NCBI GenBank assembly: GCA_963845755.1
Contig: CAWJTV010000036.1
Span: forward strand, 160,001-224,000
Source: an uncultured Planctomycetota bacterium
GTDB taxonomy: Bacteria; Planctomycetota; Planctomycetia; Isosphaerales; Isosphaeraceae
Direction of reading: 5' to 3'
DNA: 64,000 bases
The translations under genes were made by a program, and so were the position numbers. Each line of letters begins with the position of its first letter. Position 1 is the first letter of the stretch. Below the pieces are notes generated by a model. The model was not told the origin of the DNA. It ran no database searches and saw nothing but the letters and a program-made list of their open reading frames with translations. Of this stretch, positions 1-11,610 are shown piece by piece.

Positions 1-469
1 GGGCGACTCCCGCCCGAACGGCGTCGCTGTCCAGCAAGACGAACGGCGCCGCACCGGCCGGTAGCCGGTCCTGCAACGCGGCCGTCGTCAACACCGGCGC
101 CGCGCCGGCGTCCTCGAGCATCTGCGCCAGCCGGCCCGGCGGGTAGTCGGGGTCCAGGGGCAGATAGGCGGCGCCGGCCTTGAGGATGCCCAGCACGGCC
201 ACGACCAGCTCGGCCGACCGCTCCAGGGCGATCCCCACAAGGCGTTCCGGGCCCACCCCCTGCCCGATCAGCCAGTGGGCCAGGTGATTGGCGCGACGGT
301 TCAACTCGGCATAGCTGAAAATCTCCCCGCCGAAGGCCAGCGCCGGGGCCTGGGGCGTGCGGCGCACCTGGTCCTCGAAGAGTTCCGGCAGACTGGCATC
401 GAGGACCGGCCGGCTGGTGGCGTTGAACCCTTCCCGCAGGGTGTGCCGCTGATCGGTTCTCATTAACAT
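1..469 (-). CDS. NRPS adenylation-domain protein, 5' part (runs off the window)
   Basis: Manual minus-strand translation from ATG at 469: MLMRTDQRHTLREGFNAT...FSYAELNRRANHLAHWL...VAVLGILKAGAAYLPLDPDYPPGRL. This contains the A1 (YAEL) and A2 (LKAGAAYLPLD) core motifs. GGAG lies just upstream. Confidence 0.9.
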   Translation of the reverse strand, partial: MLMRTDQRHTLREGFNATSRPVLDASLPELFEDQVRRTPQAPALAFGGEIFSYAELNRRANHLAHWLIGQGVGPERLVGIALERSAELVVAVLGILKAGAAYLPLDPDYPPGRLAQMLEDAGAAPVLTTAALQDRLPAGAAPFVLLDSDAVRAGVA

Positions 470-947
470 ACTCCGTCCCACGTTCGACGATCTCGGATTA
501 TCCGACCGCGACCGATCCGGTAGCGGTCAAGGTCTGTATCGTGGGCTTACGCCACATCAGAAGTTGACAAGGAGTTTTCATGAGTTTAAAGCGTGTTCCG
601 CCGTGGTCACTGGATTGCTTCCTCCCCTCGCGACCGATTTCGTCGGGCCGGTATCCTTGCCCCTACAGAAGACGAAGAAAATGACGATACCGTGCGCACG
701 GGCTCCGTCTTCGAGTTGATCGCGGATCGCTTACCCGATGATCTCAGGCTGTCCAATCAACCCACTCCCTCGCAGTCCGAGCACGCCGCCTCGATCTCGA
801 CGTTGCGCCTGAAGGCTGTCCTGGTCGACCTCGTCTTACCGTCGTTCGATGCGCCGCCGGTGCACAACACGTTCGATATCGCCGCCTTCGGCGATTCCGC
901 GCACGGTTCTCGGCGCGCCAGATGGGGGCCTCATGTTGCTGCGGCGA

Positions 948-2105
948 TCAAGCCCAATATGACACTCTCCGGCCCCATCGTCGCAGCGTGTCGCGCAGTC
1001 GTTCCTGGGCCGTCCATAACGATCGGCGCATCGCCGATCCGTTGGGTGGCCGGCTGTAAAAGCCGGACAGTCCGCCGTCGAGGAAGTCTTCCGCTTCGAC
1101 GATGCCACGTGGGTAGGTGCCGGCATCGGGTGGCCGGGTCATCATATGGCATTCTGCGGCCAGGCTCCGCATGGCACGGTACTTGGCCTGGGTGCTGTTG
1201 TACTTCTGCTGGGACGCGGAGAGCAGGTGCTTGGCAGCGGCCCGGCAGGCGTCCGCGCGAACCGGGTCGCGTGTACCGGCCAGGATATTCTGAACATGTT
1301 GGTCGAGATGCACGGTGCGTAGCATCGCTTTTGCATCCGGGTCCGTGATACCACCGAACCGGAAAATCACGGAGAGCGAGGGATCCAGATAGTCGAAGTG
1401 ATGCCAGATGAAGGCGGGCATGAAGACGGCCTCGCCGGGAAGGAGCGTGTGCTCCACACCGCCGGCGAAGGTCACGAAGGTGTCCCGCTCTGCCTCGCTC
1501 ATCCCGGCAAATCGCACGGTGGAGAAATTGGCGATCGGGTGGAGGTACGGCGCCGCCTCGGGGGGAAACAGGATGACCCGCTTGCGCCCGAATCCCTGGA
1601 AGAGGAGCACATCCCGGCCGTCCCCATCTGCATGCATGTCGGACGAGTTACCGCGGTTCGCGGCGAAGATCAGAGAATACGAAGTCGTTGGGGGGACCTC
1701 CGCGAATGGCGCGGGGTTGCCGGCGATCAAGGTGTCGATGCCGAGCACGTTGAGGTCGAGATCCTTGAGCAGGCCCTCCGGCGTCGGCTCCTCGCTGACC
1801 ACGCAGCGGGTATCGGGATCGCGAGCGACCAGATCGAGATACTCGGCAAAGGTGCCGCTGGTCTTGCCGAGCTTCGGCGGCATCCGAACGCCTCGGAGAT
1901 ATCGGCGGATCCTCTCCAGATGGCCGTCGATGTAGTTGAGGCTAATCGTGATTTTCATTTCACCCAGCAGCGCGCACGCGCCCTGCTGATCGGTGATTCG
2001 CTCGATAGACCGACCGCGGAAGAGATCGGTTATGATCGCCGGTCGTGCCTGCCGGATCATTTCTGGGAGGTGGGCGGCAGGAATTCGCTCGAGTGTCTTC
2101 TTCAT
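948..2105 (-). CDS. JmjC/cupin-like Fe(II)/2-oxoglutarate oxygenase
   Basis: 385-aa ORF with an HxD...H triad (DMHADG...FIWHHF) and GRKRVILFPP / LLPGEAVFMPAFIWH motifs typical of JmjC (cupin_8) proteins. Confidence 0.8.
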   Translation of the reverse strand: MKKTLERIPAAHLPEMIRQARPAIITDLFRGRSIERITDQQGACALLGEMKITISLNYIDGHLERIRRYLRGVRMPPKLGKTSGTFAEYLDLVARDPDTRCVVSEEPTPEGLLKDLDLNVLGIDTLIAGNPAPFAEVPPTTSYSLIFAANRGNSSDMHADGDGRDVLLFQGFGRKRVILFPPEAAPYLHPIANFSTVRFAGMSEAERDTFVTFAGGVEHTLLPGEAVFMPAFIWHHFDYLDPSLSVIFRFGGITDPDAKAMLRTVHLDQHVQNILAGTRDPVRADACRAAAKHLLSASQQKYNSTQAKYRAMRSLAAECHMMTRPPDAGTYPRGIVEAEDFLDGGLSGFYSRPPNGSAMRRSLWTAQERLRDTLRRWGRRVSYWA

Positions 2106-2354
2106 CGGTTGCTCGGCGGTTTAGGTGTCTCGGTGTCACACTCGGGTTCTTGTCCAGATCGACGTGTGTCCGTGCCCTGACGGATGACTCCGGGGCGCCG
2201 AACAGGCAAGTTCGTGCGCTCGCTCATCCTTATTACGATCGACCTCTACACGACGAGGTAGGTATGCATCCAGAAGCGCGATCGGACTACATCGAGGCCC
2301 AGACCTTCACGCCGTGTATCTCAAGCCGTTAAACCCAGTACCGTTGAAATAGCG

Positions 2355-2475
2355 TTATACCGCACGCGGTCAGAAATGAGACATTCCATACCAACCCGAA
2401 GTGTAAACGAGGCAACGGTTTGACGCCATCGCTCACGCTTCGGGTTAGTGTCCCCAGAGGCCACGTGCGGTATAA
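2355..2475. mobile_element. MITE-like element with about 15-bp TIRs and an internal REP-like hairpin
   Basis: Ends read TTATACCGCACGCGG and CCACGTGCGGTATAA. Internal inverted repeat AACCCGAAGTGT...ACGCTTCGGGTT. Confidence 0.6.
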
Positions 2476-3609
2476 CCAGGAGAAAGGACTAGCCTTGTGA
2501 ACGACTTGTTCGCACGCTCCGCTCCCGCGTGGGAACGAGAATCAAGTCCTTTTCCGCCTTCAACTTATCGCCAATTCCACGGTCTTGCGTTTAGACCGCT
2601 TAGGGAAAATTACAAATCGAATACCGTACGCCTTTGTGTCCAGTCATGGTCACCGGGGCGATTCCCCTGAGAACTCCGTCATCGAGCATGACAAGGAAAT
2701 GGCGGGATTGGCTTCATTCTTGCGGATTTCCCACAAAACGCCGCGTTCCCGCCACTCCGTGCGCGTGTCTGGGTAAGCTACAACCGCTGCGCCAGGCAAA
2801 ACGGGCCGCGTAGCCCCTTCTTGACGCACCAACCGGCGAGCGAGTCCGATCGGCTCGAGGCGGTACCACGTGTCGCCGGCGCGGCGAAGGTCTAGTCGCA
2901 GGTGGTGCGGCATCGTCGCTCCTTGCGGCTGTGAATCCAGACATAACCGAAGCCGCGTCGTCCGTGTTCGGGACGGTCGGCGTTACGGCGGAATCGAACT
3001 CGCGGGTGCGTCGGCGATCCTCCGGGGGATACGCTTTTGCGATCATGCCAGGAGTGATGCTTGATGGCCTCCTCTTTATCAGCGGATGCCACCCCTCCCT
3101 CTACGGCCTGTGAGGTGGTATCCAGGTCTCCATTCCGATGATATCTTGTCGTATCCGCCTCCCATGGAACCTGTCAAGAGCCATGCCCCTGCCACCCGGC
3201 GACGGTCGGGTGGCGGCCTGTCTCTGATCGGTAATATCGAGCCGTCACGACTAGCGGCCGCGTATTCATCATGGTGAGAAAGCCTCGACCGACAACCGGC
3301 GACGACTGCGGTTTCCGGCCTCCAGCGCAATACGATCTGGAGCGGCAAGAATCGCAATTATGGTCAGATCCGCCGGTCGATCGCTACGGCGCACTCATGG
3401 TATCAATCTTCAGTGCGTGTTCTGTATTCCGTGTCAGGCCGTCCTTCTCCTGTTAAGAATTTGAGAGCTGTCAGGGCGAACACTCTCTCCATCGGGGATC
3501 ATTGCGGGGACCCTCGTCGTCTATTGTATATACAAATTTGTCATTATATTTTTTGAATATCTGTATTAATACCAATATTTACGATGCTTTGCGAGGACAT
3601 GGGGGCCGA

Positions 3610-3638
3610 TTGACGGATCCGCGCGATGCCGATAGAAT
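3610..3638 (+). promoter_or_regulatory. sigma70-like promoter of the DUF1549/DUF1501 operon
   Basis: TTGACG, 17-bp spacer, TAGAAT, downstream of an AT-rich tract (3525-3580). Confidence 0.6.
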
Positions 3639-3729
3639 ATTTGCAAGCCCCTCCGCCGTTTCCATGTTCGTGAAGCATGCCGAAGATGGGGGCCGATCGG
3701 CGGATCCGCGCGACGCCGCCAGCCTAACG

Positions 3730-6243
3730 ATGATGGTGTTCATCATGACCGAGCGAACTCGGAGCAGCACGGCGGTCCTTGGGCTGTCGGCGGCGGTGCT
3801 CGCGCTGGCCGCAACCTACTCCTCGATCGCGGCAGGCGCGCCCGCCTCGGCCCGTGACCACTGGGCGTATCGGCGTCCGGTTGCTCCGTCCGTGCCGGCG
3901 GTGAAGGGCGCCTCGTGGGTCAAGAATCCGCTCGACGCGTTCGTCCTGGCCGGGCTCGAAGGAGCGGGGCTCGCGCCGCGCCGCCGGCGGATCGGCGGAC
4001 GCTGATCCGCCGGGCTTATTTCGATCTGATCGGCCTGCCACCGCCGCCGCGCGAGGTGGACGCGTTCCTCCATGACCCATCGCCCGACGTTTTTTCTCGG
4101 CTGGTGGATCGGCTGCTCGATGATCCCCGCTACGGCGAACGCTGGGCACGCTATTGGCTCGACCTGGCGCGGTATGCGGACACCAAGGGATATGTCGGCC
4201 GGGAAGAACCCAAATATCCATATGCCTACACATATCGTGATTACGTGATTCGCGCGTTCAATGAAGACAAGCCCTACGATCGGTTCCTGATCGAGCAGAT
4301 CGCGGCCGATAGGCTGCCTTCGGGGGGCGACAGGTCGGCACTGGCGGCGTTGGGCTTCCTGACGGTTGGGCGGCGGTTCGTGAATGTTATGCCGGAGATC
4401 ATCGATGATCGAATCGACGTCGTCTGCCGCGGGATGATGGGCGTGACGGTCGGCTGCGCCCGCTGCCACGACCACAAGTTCGATCCGATCCCGATCGAAG
4501 ATTACTACTCGCTCTATTCGATCTTCAACAACAGTCGTGAAGCGGCCGATCCCCCGGTGATCGGCGAACCGTCCGACAAGACGGCTTACCTGGCGTTCCA
4601 GAAAGAGCTTGCGGCGCGGCAGCTTGACCTCGATGCGTTCCTTCGGAAGCAGTATGTCGAGCTGGTTGCGCCGCTCCGGTCGGCGAAGAAGATCGCCGAG
4701 TATCTCATGGCGACGCGGGCGGCACACATCGACCCGCAGGCTTACGCGGCGTCGGGCCTCGGGCCAAGTCCGTTCATCGTCGATCGCTGGAAGAGCTACC
4801 TCGATCGCGCGGCCAAGGGAGATGATTCCATCTTCCGAGCCTGGCGGGTCTATTCCGAGATCTCTGGCCCGGACTTTCCCCAGAAGGCCAGATCGGCAAC
4901 CGCAATGCTCGCCCGCCCCCGTGCCGAGCGTCCGCTGCATCCGCTCGTATCGGCGGCGTTCCGTGGGCCCCCGCCGACCTCGCTGCGGGAGGTTGCCGAG
5001 CGATATGGCGCGCTGCTGGCGCGGTTCGATCGTCCCGATAAACTCCGCGATGAATCCGACGAGCAGTTGCGGCGGGTCTTGTACGGCGACGGGTCGCCCA
5101 CCGCCGTGCGGAGCGATCAGCTCGAGAACCTGTTCCTGCAGGACGGCCGCGAGCGATTCATCCTATTGAACGGCGCGATCGACGCCGTGAAGGCCAATAG
5201 CCCCGGCGCCCCGCCGCGGGCGATGGTCTTGCAGGACGCGGAGTCGCCCCAGCCCCAGCATGTCTTCGTTCGCGGCAATCCCGGTCGTGTAGGGAAGGAG
5301 GTGAAACCGCACTTCCTGAGCTGCATCGCCGGCGAGAATCCTCCGACTTTCACGAACGGGAGCGGGCGGCTCGAGCTGGCACAGGCGATTGCCTCCGAAG
5401 AAAACCCGCTCACCTCCCGCGTGATGGTCAACCGCATCTGGCTGCATCATTTCGGCTTCGGCATCGTCCGAACTCCGAGCGATTTCGGCACGCGCGGCGA
5501 TCCGCCGACCCATCCACAGCTCCTCGATTATCTCGCCACGCAATTCATGCGGCCCTCCGTCGGCAAGCCGGATCGCCCCTGGTCGATCAAGAATCTGCAA
5601 CGGATGATCATGCTATCCTCGACCTATCAGATGTCGAGCGAGGCCAGCCCGGATGCCCTCGCCCGCGACCCGCAGAACCTGCTGCTCTCGCACTTCAACC
5701 GACGGCGACTGGATTTCGAAGCGACTGCGCGATGCGCTGATCTTCGTCGGCGGGAAGCTCGATCCGACGCTGTATGGCCGCTCGATCGATATCGAAGCCG
5801 AACCATTTTCCAACCGGCGGACGATCTATGCCTTCGTCGACCGTCAGTACCTGCCCGGCGTCTTCCGCAGCTTCGACTTCGCCAGCCCCGAGTCGAGCTG
5901 CCCGTGCCGATTTACCACGACGGTCCCGCAGCAGGCCCTGTTCATGATGAATAGCCCCTTCGTGATGCAGCAGGGCATGGCGATGCTCGATCGGCCGGAG
6001 ATCGCCCGGGCGGCCGAGCCTCGGCAGAGAATCGAGTCCCTCTATCACCTGCTCTTCGGCCGCGCACCCAGCGAGGAGGAGGCGTCGATCGGGCTGGCGT
6101 TCCTGGAATCCGAGGGCCGGATCGAGCACGACGCGGACTCCCCGGGCGTCGGTGGACGCGAGAAGACCACGAGGCGTCTGTCGGCGTGGGAGAAATACGC
6201 GCAAGTCCTCCTGGAATCGAACGAGTTCGTGTTTGTCGACTGA
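3730..6243 (+). CDS. DUF1549/DUF1553 (PSD1-type) planctomycete protein, frameshifted near 3980 and 5720
   Basis: Stitched from ORFs 3502-4005, 3915-5954 and 5653-6243. Features: signal-like N-terminus, [58 protein letters not shown], and C-terminal SNEFVFVD. Confidence 0.9.
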
Positions 6244-6270
6244 AACCGGACGACGGGGGCGCAGGCGGTC

Positions 6271-7713
6271 ATGCTACATCACCGGACGGATCCCGACGAA
6301 GTCTCCACGACCCGTCGCCAGATGCTCGGCACGTGCGGCATGGGCATGGGGGCGCTGATGCTGGGCTCGTTACTCAACGACGCCGCGACCGCCTCGGGAC
6401 CGGCGTCTTCGGCCAATCCGCTCCTTCCCAAGGAACCGGACTTTGCGCCACGGGCCAAGCGGGTGATCCACCTCTTCATGAACGGCGGGCCCTCGCAGGT
6501 TGACACGTTCGATCCCAAGCCGCTGCTGGAGAAGTATGCCGGCAAGCCGGTGCCAACGCATCTCCTCACCGAGCGCAAGACCGGCGCCGCGTTTCCGTCG
6601 ATGTTCAAGTTTCGCAAATATGGGCAATCGGGCATCGAGGTCAGTTCGCTGTTCCCGCACGTCGGCCGTTGCGTGGACGACATCTGTTTCATCCGGTCGA
6701 TGAAGGCCGATCTGCCCAATCATGAGCCGGCGTTGTTGCTCATGAACTGCGGCGAGGCGCGGCAGATCCGCCCGTCGATGGGGTCGTGGATCACCTACGG
6801 CCTGGGGACCGAGAATCAGAATCTGCCCGCCTTCGTCGTCTTGTGCCCCGGCGGCTATCCGAAGCAGGAATCGCAGAACTGGCACGCGGGCTTCCTGCCG
6901 GGCATCTTCCAGGGCACATACATCGATACCAAACACGCGGATATCGAGAAGATCATTCAATACATCCGCAACGACCGTTCCACGCGGCAGGAGCAGCGCC
7001 GTCAGCTCGATCTGCTCAGGGAGCTCAACCGCCGGCATCTGGAACGGCGCCAGGACGAGGCGCAGCTCGAGGCGCGCATCCAGTCGTTCGAGATGGCCTA
7101 CCGCATGCAGACCGATGCATCGGACGCCTTCGACGTCTCGCGGGAACCCCGGCACATCCTCGATCTCTACGGTCCCGGCGCGCAGGGCCGCCAGATCCTC
7201 ATCGCCCGGCGACTGCTCGAGCGCGGCGTACGTTTCGTGCAAGTCTGGACCGGCGACGGCATCCCGTGGGACAGCCACGACGACATCGAACGACAGCATA
7301 GCCTGCTGGCGAAGAACTGCGATCAGGCGATCGCCGCCCTGCTGATCGACCTGAAGCAGCGCGGGATGCTCGATGATACCCTGGTGATCTGGGGCGGCGA
7401 ATTCGGCCGCACGCCGACGGTCGAGTTGCCCGCTCCCGGTGCGAACAACGGTCATAATAACGGCCGCGACCACAATAACTACGGCTTCACCATGTGGCTC
7501 GCCGGCGGCGGCGTGAAGGGCGGCTACGTCCACGGCGCAACGGACGATTTCGGCTTCGCCGCCGTCGACAAGCCCGTCCACGTCCACGATCTACACGCCA
7601 CGATCCTGGCATTGCTGGGACTCGATCATCTGAACTTCACCTATCGATACGCCGGGCGAGATTTCCGGCTGACGGATGTTTACGGGGAAGTGGTGCAGGA
7701 AATCATGGCATGA
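6271..7713 (+). CDS. DUF1501 domain-containing protein
   Basis: 480 aa with a Tat-like TRRQML leader, AKRVIHLFMNGGPSQVDTFDPKP, WDSH, GGEFGRTP and GRDH motifs. It is the usual partner of DUF1549/1553 genes. Confidence 0.92.
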   Translation: MLHHRTDPDEVSTTRRQMLGTCGMGMGALMLGSLLNDAATASGPASSANPLLPKEPDFAPRAKRVIHLFMNGGPSQVDTFDPKPLLEKYAGKPVPTHLLTERKTGAAFPSMFKFRKYGQSGIEVSSLFPHVGRCVDDICFIRSMKADLPNHEPALLLMNCGEARQIRPSMGSWITYGLGTENQNLPAFVVLCPGGYPKQESQNWHAGFLPGIFQGTYIDTKHADIEKIIQYIRNDRSTRQEQRRQLDLLRELNRRHLERRQDEAQLEARIQSFEMAYRMQTDASDAFDVSREPRHILDLYGPGAQGRQILIARRLLERGVRFVQVWTGDGIPWDSHDDIERQHSLLAKNCDQAIAALLIDLKQRGMLDDTLVIWGGEFGRTPTVELPAPGANNGHNNGRDHNNYGFTMWLAGGGVKGGYVHGATDDFGFAAVDKPVHVHDLHATILALLGLDHLNFTYRYAGRDFRLTDVYGEVVQEIMA

Positions 7714-7965
7714 GGGCGAGGCTCCTGGGATGGGATGTTCCGATCGATCGGATTGCATCGACCGGGTCGCCCGCGCCGGCGGATAGATCGCTGCCGATCT
7801 TGACCGCTTGCAAGCCCGAAGAGAGTCGAGGGGGCCATCGCTGGTAATCACTCGTCCGGTGCGGCGCGAGGCGGCGAGGAGGCGTCTCGTCCGGAGGCCG
7901 ACCTCGCTGATCGGCACCGTCAGAAACGTTCACGACGCAGCAGCAAAACGATCGAGGGCGGAAGC

Positions 7966-9509
7966 ATGCGAAAGGTCATCTACTTGCCGCATTACGGGGA
8001 GTTCGGTTTCCTCATCATGAATCACCTTCGCGCCGTGCACGAGGATGAAGCCGACGCGAAGATCGTCTGCTGCGAACGGGGTTACGAATGCTTGTTCCCT
8101 TCTGCAACGGGCTTCTTCCACGATTATCCGACCCTGAAAGACGAGCACCGCGGCGGCGATAGTTCCGACTGGAAATGGCAGGAGTGCGAGGATTCCGACA
8201 GGCGGCTGCGCGACCTGCTGCCGCAGAAGTATCCAGGCTATGAAGTTGTCAAGTTAAATTATGATTCACCTTGGAGGTTGAGCGGCTCGAGCAAGTCCAC
8301 TCCGAGAGCGGCGGCGGAGCTGCCGAAGGTCGATGTTGCCCTCGGGGTGCGGAAGCCGCCTTCTGCCCCGAGAAGAACTGGCGGCATTGGGATGATCTTG
8401 CCGGATCGCTCCAATCGATCGGGCTCACCGTTGGGCTCGTGGGTAGCCGGGGAAGCAGCGACGACGTCCGGGCTGACGCACGGGCCTGGGATCACTCGCA
8501 GGGCTCCACTGCGGGCAGCGTCGACCTCTTGAGTCACTGCCGCCTCTACGTTGGGACCGATACGGGGACTTCCCACCTGGCTGCGCTGATGGATGTTCCG
8601 CAACTGACGTTCAGGTTTGTGGGAAACGTGCAGGGGAACGACGATTTCTTGCCCTTGATGGAGCGCGTCAATCGTCGTTACTTCCGGCGGCTCCCTGACG
8701 CCGCATGGGATCGCCCCGATGAAGTCCTCGGGGCCGTCATTCGTAATCTGCGGGAGCTTCGAATCTGCAAGATCTTTCGGCCGGACCCATACAATGTAGG
8801 CGACATGGTTGCTCGCCCTTCGCTCTACTTTCCGCTCGAGGGATCGGATTACGACGTGCGTCTGGATGACCTGACGGCGATTCGTTCGCAGGTCTCGATC
8901 GTTGGTGGCGGCGGACTGCTGTCAACCTACGAGAAAGAATTATCGATCCTGAAGAATCAGATCATCGTCTGGGGGGCCGGATCGAATTACCACGGGGAAA
9001 CCGAGGTGCGTTACCCGGATTGGCTGGATCGCTGCGTACTGGTCGGTGTGAGGGATCATGGCACTCGTTTCCGATGGGTGCCTTGCCCGTCGTGCATGTC
9101 GCCATTGTTCGATGTGCAACGGTCGCGAAGAGCGGTCCGGGAAGCGGTTGTTTATCGCCATAGTTTGAAATGGCTTGACGGGATCCCCGAGGGGCTGGAC
9201 TTGCCGACGCTGACCAATGGGGAAGAATCACTGGAAATTGTCCTGGCTTTCCTCGCATCGGCGGAAGTCGTCATAACCAGTTCTTATCACGGTGCCTTCT
9301 GGGCGACGTTATTGGGTCGCAAGGCGATCGCCGTGCCATTTTCGTCGAAGTTCTACGGGTATCGGCATCCGCCGATCCTGGCTACGGGCAGGCAGTTGGA
9401 CGACTGGAGGAGCATCGCCAAGGATTGCACGACGTATCCCGATGCCCTGGAGGAATGCAGGACCGCTAACAATGCCTTTTACGAAGATGTTAGAAGATTT
9501 GTCCGGTGA
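7966..9509 (+). CDS. Glycosyltransferase family 9-like / polysaccharide pyruvyl-transferase-like protein, frameshifted near 8270-8360
   Basis: ORFs 7966-8532 and 8271-9509. LYVGTDTGTSHLAA is GT9-like; NVGD, IVGGGGL, VGVRD and VITSSYHG are pyruvyl-transferase-like. Confidence 0.6.
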
Positions 9510-9808
9510 CGCACCTCTTCAACCTTTCTTCCGAGTACCGCGGTGGCGCCATGGGTGCCCGAAGAATCAATCCAGGCGCCTCTTGGCGTCGTGCTCTGGT
9601 TGTGAAGCGAGCCAGAAGGGGGCCATGCGGTCGGAAGGGCCGCGGGATGGAGCCAACGACCCTCGCCCGAACGGCTTTCGACCCCGATCCCATCGGAAAG
9701 CCCAACCTCACGACTGGCGCGTCGGGTGTGTATGAGTGATGTCCAGATGGACCTGTGCGCAAACCACGCGTGAGGCGCTCGAATGTCCAAGAACCTCTGA
9801 CCAAGAGG

Positions 9809-9836
9809 TTGACACGCCGTCCACCGGCGTTAGGAT
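9809..9836 (+). promoter_or_regulatory. sigma70-like promoter upstream of the tat cluster
   Basis: TTGACA, 16-bp spacer, TAGGAT. Confidence 0.4.
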
Positions 9837-10212
9837 AGAGCTAGTTCAGCTAGCAATCCTACCCCGCGTCGTCCCTGTCGAGACGCTCAGGCCGCGGTTG
9901 GCGCCGATCTGTCGGCCCTCCCATCCACTCGGCGAACCCCCGTGCTACTGCGTGTTGATTCTTCGTCTTCGGGACGATCTGATTCCGGCTTCAACCCCTT
10001 CGCGCGTCCGCGCACCGCATCTCGGGCTCGGTACTCTCTATGGGGATGCGCGATGGACCGCGTACAATCACGAGTGGAAGGTTGGGCCTCGCGGCCGGGG
10101 ATGGGGGAGTTGTCGCACCCGGGAGCGGATCGGGGTTGGCCACAGGCCGGACCGGTCGCCCGGTGGCGACGGGGCGAGGGTCGAGCGGTTGCGGTCGAGG
10201 AGAGGCGAGTCC

Positions 10213-10560
10213 ATGATCGGGTTGAAGGAGCTGGCCGTACTGGCCGCGGTCGTCCTGGCGCTCTATGGCCGATCGGGCGTGCTCAAGAGCCGGCGATTTC
10301 AGGCCATCTGGCCGTGGATCGCGCCGGTGCGACGCCCATCGGGGGGGACCAGGATTCCGCGAGGCTCGGCCACGGACCCGCGGCAGGTGGAGCCCGACGT
10401 CAAATTCCCTCCGCTCGGCGCGATCCGGCGCAGGCTCTTCCATCTCGAGGGCAACCGCGTCTTCTGGTTCACCACGATCCTGGCCGCGACGGCCGTGGCC
10501 GCCTGGGTCGTCACCCGAGTGCTGATCGTGAGCAATGCGGGGCCGGCTCCAACTCATTGA
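10213..10560 (+). CDS. Small membrane protein with TatA-like N-terminal helix
   Basis: Starts MIGLKELAVLAAVVLALYG and has a second hydrophobic segment (VFWFTTILAATAVAAWVV). GAGG lies upstream. Confidence 0.6.
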   Translation: MIGLKELAVLAAVVLALYGRSGVLKSRRFQAIWPWIAPVRRPSGGTRIPRGSATDPRQVEPDVKFPPLGAIRRRLFHLEGNRVFWFTTILAATAVAAWVVTRVLIVSNAGPAPTH

Positions 10561-10674
10561 GATCGAGACGAAACCGGGGCGTGCAGGGACTGCGGACTCC
10601 TCGGGAATCGCCGTGACGTCTTCCGTATTTCCGCGAACCTCCTTTGAGACAACGAGACTCCGCGAGGACGATCG

Positions 10675-10735
10675 TAGGGCGGGTGCAACCCACCGAGCCT
10701 GCCGGGCGTCCTGATCCGTGGGTTGCACGACCCGA
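10675..10735. repeat. GTAG-type REP-like palindrome
   Basis: GTAGGGCGGGTGCAACCCAC...GTGGGTTGCAC. Confidence 0.5.
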
Positions 10736-10759
10736 CAACGAAAGGAAAGGAACCCGCTC

Positions 10760-10981
10760 ATGCTGCCGTATGCGTTCTTCCTGCCCAATTTCGGCCCCTG
10801 GGAGATGATCATCCTGGGTGGCATTTGTCTGCTGTTCTTCGGCAACCGCCTGCCCAGCGTGATGCGGTCCCTGGGCAAGAGCGTGGTCGAGTTCAAGAAA
10901 GGCGTCTCGGGGATCGAGGAGGAGATCGATCAGGCCGTCACCGCCGACAAGAAGTCACCGCCGGCCACACCCAATCCTTGA
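10760..10981 (+). CDS. tatA: Twin-arginine translocase TatA/TatE family subunit
   Basis: FGPWEMIILGGICLLFFGNRLPSVMRSLGKSVVEFKKG. Confidence 0.92.
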   Translation: MLPYAFFLPNFGPWEMIILGGICLLFFGNRLPSVMRSLGKSVVEFKKGVSGIEEEIDQAVTADKKSPPATPNP

Positions 10982-11134
10982 GCTCACTTCGTTCGGAAGT
11001 CTAAAGGCTGAAGGCTGAGTCGGATTTGTCGGGATTCCGCCTTCGCCCCCGAGCCTTTCTGCCTGGATTCAGGCGGTCTTTTTTCCTCGGAACTGTCTAC
11101 CTCCTACCCTTGAAGCGAGAGCGGAGTCGAAGTC

Positions 11135-11494
11135 ATGCTACCCAATCTTGGCCCGATGGAGTTGATGCTCCTGCTGGGGCTTGGAGTCCTGCTGTTCGGC
11201 AAGCGGCTGCCCGAGGTGGGCCGGTCGCTGGGCCGGGGGATCGTCGAGTTCAAGAAGGGACTCAACGGCGTCGGCGATGAGCTCGATACCTCTTCGAGCA
11301 ATCGATACACGTCGAGCTACGGTTCCTCGCACCGGACTGAGGAGTCGTCGTCCGGCGCCGCGGCCTACTCGGACGCCTCGGTGCCGAAATTCGAGCTGCC
11401 CGGCACGGTATCGAGCTCAGTCCCCTCGGGTCCGGCCTCGACGTTGACCGCAGCCCCGCAAATGGAGTATCCCCCGCCGACGTCCGGAGATTGA
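11135..11494 (+). CDS. tatA: Second TatA/TatB family subunit
   Basis: LGPMELMLLLGLGVLLFGKRLPEVGRSLGRGIVEFKKG, followed by a long Ser/Pro-rich tail. Confidence 0.88.
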   Translation: MLPNLGPMELMLLLGLGVLLFGKRLPEVGRSLGRGIVEFKKGLNGVGDELDTSSSNRYTSSYGSSHRTEESSSGAAAYSDASVPKFELPGTVSSSVPSGPASTLTAAPQMEYPPPTSGD

Positions 11495-11610
11495 GCGCAT
11501 TCCGCGGGCATTCCGGGAGGTTCGCGGGCGAGCGCCGGCCCCTGTAGGGTGGCCTGTAAGCACCAGCGTTCGTGGTCCGACCGCGCCCGGTTTGGTGCTC
11601 GGGGACCACC

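Noticed and set aside
2480..3500. Short ORFs between the JmjC and DUF1549 genes
   Set aside because: No recognisable motifs or consistent coding signal; left unannotated.
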